From IMG/VR virus record IMGVR_UViG_2684622582_000005, positions 1 through 8,016 of that record: a stretch of 8,016 nucleotides of DNA. One strand, 5' to 3'. The stretch comes from a virus. Taxonomy: Duplodnaviria > Heunggongvirae > Uroviricota > Caudoviricetes. Shown piece after piece: positions 5,690 to 8,016 of this stretch (the first letter of the stretch is position 1; the number at the start of each line of letters is the position of its first letter). The notes under the pieces were generated by a model that ran no database searches, was not told the DNA's origin, and was given only the letters and a program-made list of their open reading frames with translations. The position numbers and the translations under genes were made by a program.

Positions 5690-5881
5690 TCATACCTGGT
5701 CTCTCTCATCTGCTTCTGCTTTCGCCACCATCATTTCCAGCTTTTGTGAAAGGGATGTGGCTAACGTATGAAATTCTTCGTCTGTTTCTACTGGTATTGG
5801 CACAAACCTGACTCCAATTTGAGCAAGGCTATGTGCCATCTCAATACTCGTTCTTAACTCAACAGGAGATGCTTTGTGCAT
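5690..5881 (-). CDS. orf63: Orf63 (63 aa), exo-xis region protein
   Basis: 63-aa [66 protein letters not shown] at the expected position; length and sequence match my memory of lambda Orf63. Confidence 0.8.
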   Translation of the reverse strand: MHKASPVELRTSIEMAHSLAQIGVRFVPIPVETDEEFHTLATSLSQKLEMMVAKAEADERDQV

Positions 5882-6036
5882 ACCGCCTCCCGTTTATTAT
5901 TTATCTTCTCAGCCAGCCGCTGTGCTTTCAGTGGATTTCTGATAACAGAAAGGCCGGGAAATACCCAGCCTCGCTTTGTAACGGAGTAGACGAAAGTGAT
6001 CGCGCCTACCCGGATATTATCGTGAGGATGCGTCAT
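5854..6036 (-). CDS. orf60a: Orf60a (60 aa), exo-xis region protein
   Basis: Start at the ATG overlapping the exo stop (ATGA at 6033..6036) gives the 60-aa product [40 protein letters not shown]... The track's 62-aa version starts 2 codons upstream. Confidence 0.8.
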   Translation of the reverse strand: MTHPHDNIRVGAITFVYSVTKRGWVFPGLSVIRNPLKAQRLAEKINNKREAVCTKHLLLS

Positions 6037-6713
6037 CGCCATTGCTCCCCAAATACAAAACCAATTTCAGCCAGTGCCTCGTCCATTTTTTCGATGAACT
6101 CCGGCACCATCTCGTCAAAACTCGCTATGTACTTTTCATCCCGCTCAACCACGACATAATGCAGGCCTTCACGCTTCATACGCGGGTCATAGTTGGCAAA
6201 GTACCAGGCATCTTTTCGCGTCACCCACATGCTGTACTGCACCTGGGCCATGTAAGCCGACTTTATGGCCTCGAAACCACCGAGCCTGAACTTCATGAAA
6301 TCCCGGGAGGTAAACGGGCATTTCAGCTCAAGGCCGTTGCCGTCACTGCATAAACCATCGGGAGAGCAGGCGGTGCGCATACTTTCGTCGCGATAGATGA
6401 TCGGGGATTCAGTAACATTCACGCCGGAAGTGAATTCAAACAGGGTTCTGGCGTCGTTCTCATACTGTTTTCCCCACGCCAGCGCCTTAGCATTAACTTC
6501 CGGAGCCACACCGGTGCAAACCTCAGCCAGCAGGGTGTGGAAGTAGGACATTTTCATGTCAGGCCACTTCTTTCCTGAGCGGGGCTTTGCTATCACGTTG
6601 TGAACTTCTGAAGCGGTGATGACGCCGAGCCGTAATTTGTGCCATGCATCATCCCCCTGTTCGACAGCTCTCACGTCGATCCCGGTACGCTGCAGGATAA
6701 TGTCCGGTGTCAT
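6033..6713 (-). CDS. exo: Lambda exonuclease (Red-alpha), 226 aa
   Basis: [65 protein letters not shown]... matches lambda Exo over its full length. Start overlaps the bet stop (ATGA). Confidence 0.95.
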   Translation of the reverse strand: MTPDIILQRTGIDVRAVEQGDDAWHKLRLGVITASEVHNVIAKPRSGKKWPDMKMSYFHTLLAEVCTGVAPEVNAKALAWGKQYENDARTLFEFTSGVNVTESPIIYRDESMRTACSPDGLCSDGNGLELKCPFTSRDFMKFRLGGFEAIKSAYMAQVQYSMWVTRKDAWYFANYDPRMKREGLHYVVVERDEKYIASFDEMVPEFIEKMDEALAEIGFVFGEQWR

Positions 6714-7495
6714 GCTGCCACCTTCTGCTCAGTGGCTTTCTGTTTCAGGAATCCAAGAGCTTTCACTGCTTCGGCCTGTGTCAGTTCTGACGATGCGCGA
6801 ATGTCGCGGCGAAATATCTGGGAACAGAGCGGCAATAAGTCGTCATCCCATGTTTTATCCAGGGCGATTAGCAGAGTGTTAATCTCCTGCATGGTTTCAT
6901 CGTTAACCGGAGTGATGTCGCGTTCCGGCTGACGTTCTACAGTGTATGCGGTATTTTCGACAATGCGCTCGGCTTCATCCTTGTCATAGATACCAGCAAA
7001 TCCGAAGGCCAGACGGGCACACTGAATCATGGCTTTATGACGTAACATCCGTTTGGGATGCGACTGCCACGGCCCCGTGATTTCTCTGCCTTCGCGGGTT
7101 TTGAATGGTTCGCGGCGGCATTCATCCATCCACTCGGTAACGCAGATCGGATGATTACGGTCCTTGCGGTAAATCCGGCATGTGCAGGATTCATTGTCCT
7201 GCTCAAAGTCCATGCCATCAAACTGCTGGTTTTCATTGATGATACGGGACCAGCCATCAACGCCCACCACCGGAACGATGCCGTTCTGCTTATCAGGGAA
7301 GGCGTAAATTTCTTTCGTCCACGGATTAAGGCCGTACTGGTTGGCGACGATCAACAATGCGATGAACTGCGCATCGCTGGCATCACCTTTAAATGCCGTC
7401 TGGCGAAGAGTGGTGATCAGTTCCTGTGGGTCGACAGAATCCATGCCGACACGTTCAGCCAGCTTCCCTGCCAGCGTTGCGAGTGCTGTACTCAT
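6710..7495 (-). CDS. bet: Bet (Red-beta) single-strand annealing protein, 261 aa
   Basis: [69 protein letters not shown]... matches lambda Bet over its full length. Confidence 0.95.
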   Translation of the reverse strand: MSTALATLAGKLAERVGMDSVDPQELITTLRQTAFKGDASDAQFIALLIVANQYGLNPWTKEIYAFPDKQNGIVPVVGVDGWSRIINENQQFDGMDFEQDNESCTCRIYRKDRNHPICVTEWMDECRREPFKTREGREITGPWQSHPKRMLRHKAMIQCARLAFGFAGIYDKDEAERIVENTAYTVERQPERDITPVNDETMQEINTLLIALDKTWDDDLLPLCSQIFRRDIRASSELTQAEAVKALGFLKQKATEQKVAA

Positions 7496-7500
7496 CCGTT

Positions 7501-7797
7501 TTATACCTCTGAATCAATATCAAACTGGTGGTGAGCAATGGTTTCAACCATGTACCGGATGTGTTCTGCCATGCGCTCCTGAAACTCAACATCGTCATCA
7601 AACGCACGGGTAATGGCTTTTTTGCTGGCCCCGTGGCGTTGCAAATGATCGATGCATAGCGATTCAAACAGGTGCTGGGGCAGGCCTTTTTCCATGTCGT
7701 CTGCCAGTTCTGCCTCTTTCTCTTCACGGGCGATCTGCTGGTAGTGACGCGCCCAGCTCTGAGCCTCAAGACGATCCTGAATGTAATAAGCGTTCAT
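7501..7797 (-). CDS. gam: Gam (GamS form, 98 aa), RecBCD inhibitor
   Basis: [60 protein letters not shown]... matches lambda Gam from its internal Met. An in-frame TAA 10 codons upstream stops the ORF from extending to the 138-aa long form. Confidence 0.9.
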   Translation of the reverse strand: MNAYYIQDRLEAQSWARHYQQIAREEKEAELADDMEKGLPQHLFESLCIDHLQRHGASKKAITRAFDDDVEFQERMAEHIRYMVETIAHHQFDIDSEV

Positions 7798-7851
7798 GGC
7801 TGAACTCCTGAAAATGGCTGTGAAAATATCGCCCGCGAAATGCCAGGCTGA

Positions 7852-8016
7852 TTAGGAAAACAGGAAAGGGGGGTAGTGAATGCTTTTGCTTGATCTCAGT
7901 TTCTGTATTAATATCCATTTTTTATAAGCGTCGACGGCCTCACGAAACATCTTTTCATCGCCAATAAAAGTGGCGATAGTGAATTTAGTCTGGATAGCCA
8001 TAATTGTTTGATCCAT
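7852..8016 (-). CDS. kil: Kil (host-killing / cell-division inhibitor), 54 aa here versus 47 aa in lambda
   Basis: The reverse complement of the window end reads ATGGATCAAACAATTATGGCTATCCAG..., giving [47 protein letters not shown], then YPPFLFS before TAA at 7852..7854. The ATG sits exactly at the window edge. Confidence 0.7.
   Translation of the reverse strand: MDQTIMAIQTKFTIATFIGDEKMFREAVDAYKKWILIQKLRSSKSIHYPPFLFS

Larger units (their letters stand above)
1331..8016. mobile_element. Lambda-like prophage, left (int-proximal) end; continues beyond the window
   Basis: attL at the host junction followed by int, xis, ea-region genes, exo, bet, gam and kil, all on one strand in lambda order. 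Proteins are near-identical to, but not identical with, remembered lambda proteins. Confidence 0.9.

Noticed and set aside
5626-6353. Plus-strand ORFs 5626..5811, 5833..6159 and 6042..6353
   Set aside because: Antisense to orf61-like, orf63, orf60a and exo, which match known lambda proteins.
6616-7769. ORFs overlapping bet and gam (6616..6882, 6639..6932, 7058..7534, 7341..7613 on plus; 7027..7260 and 7455..7769 on minus)
   Set aside because: All are alternative frames or antisense of bet and gam, whose full-length matches to lambda proteins leave no room for additional genes.
1-8016. CRISPR arrays, tRNA/rRNA genes, insertion sequences
   Set aside because: No regularly spaced direct repeats, no tRNA-like cloverleaf candidates and no transposase-like ORFs or terminal inverted repeats were seen. 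attB-lambda is not a tRNA site.

Overview
This window is the int-proximal (left) end of a lambda-like prophage integrated at the E. coli lambda attachment site, with the host gene ybhC at 1..1284 and the attL junction (core GCTTTTTTATACTAA) at 1331..1345. All calls rest on reading the six-frame translations and the DNA against remembered lambda proteins and motifs; no database search was run. Everything phage-encoded is on the minus strand, as in the leftward pL operon: kil, gam, bet, exo, orf60a, orf63, an orf61-like ORF, a TraR/DksA-type zinc-finger gene (orf73-like), an expanded mosaic ea22/ea8.5-like block, an unrecognised 114-aa gene, xis and int. Three hairpin-plus-T-run terminators on the minus strand divide this operon into modules. 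The most notable points are: (1) int carries an in-frame 48-codon deletion relative to lambda Int (356 aa to 308 aa) that keeps all catalytic residues but removes part of the catalytic domain, so the prophage may be excision-defective while its Red genes are intact; (2) the region between orf73 and xis is a tandem array of Ea22-like and small zinc-ribbon genes joined by a repeated 16-nt junction, one carrying a Walker-A-like motif; (3) a 114-aa ORF next to xis, bracketed by terminators, is a candidate accessory (moron) gene of unknown function. Protein sequences differ slightly from my recollection of lambda, so this looks like a natural lambdoid relative rather than lambda itself.
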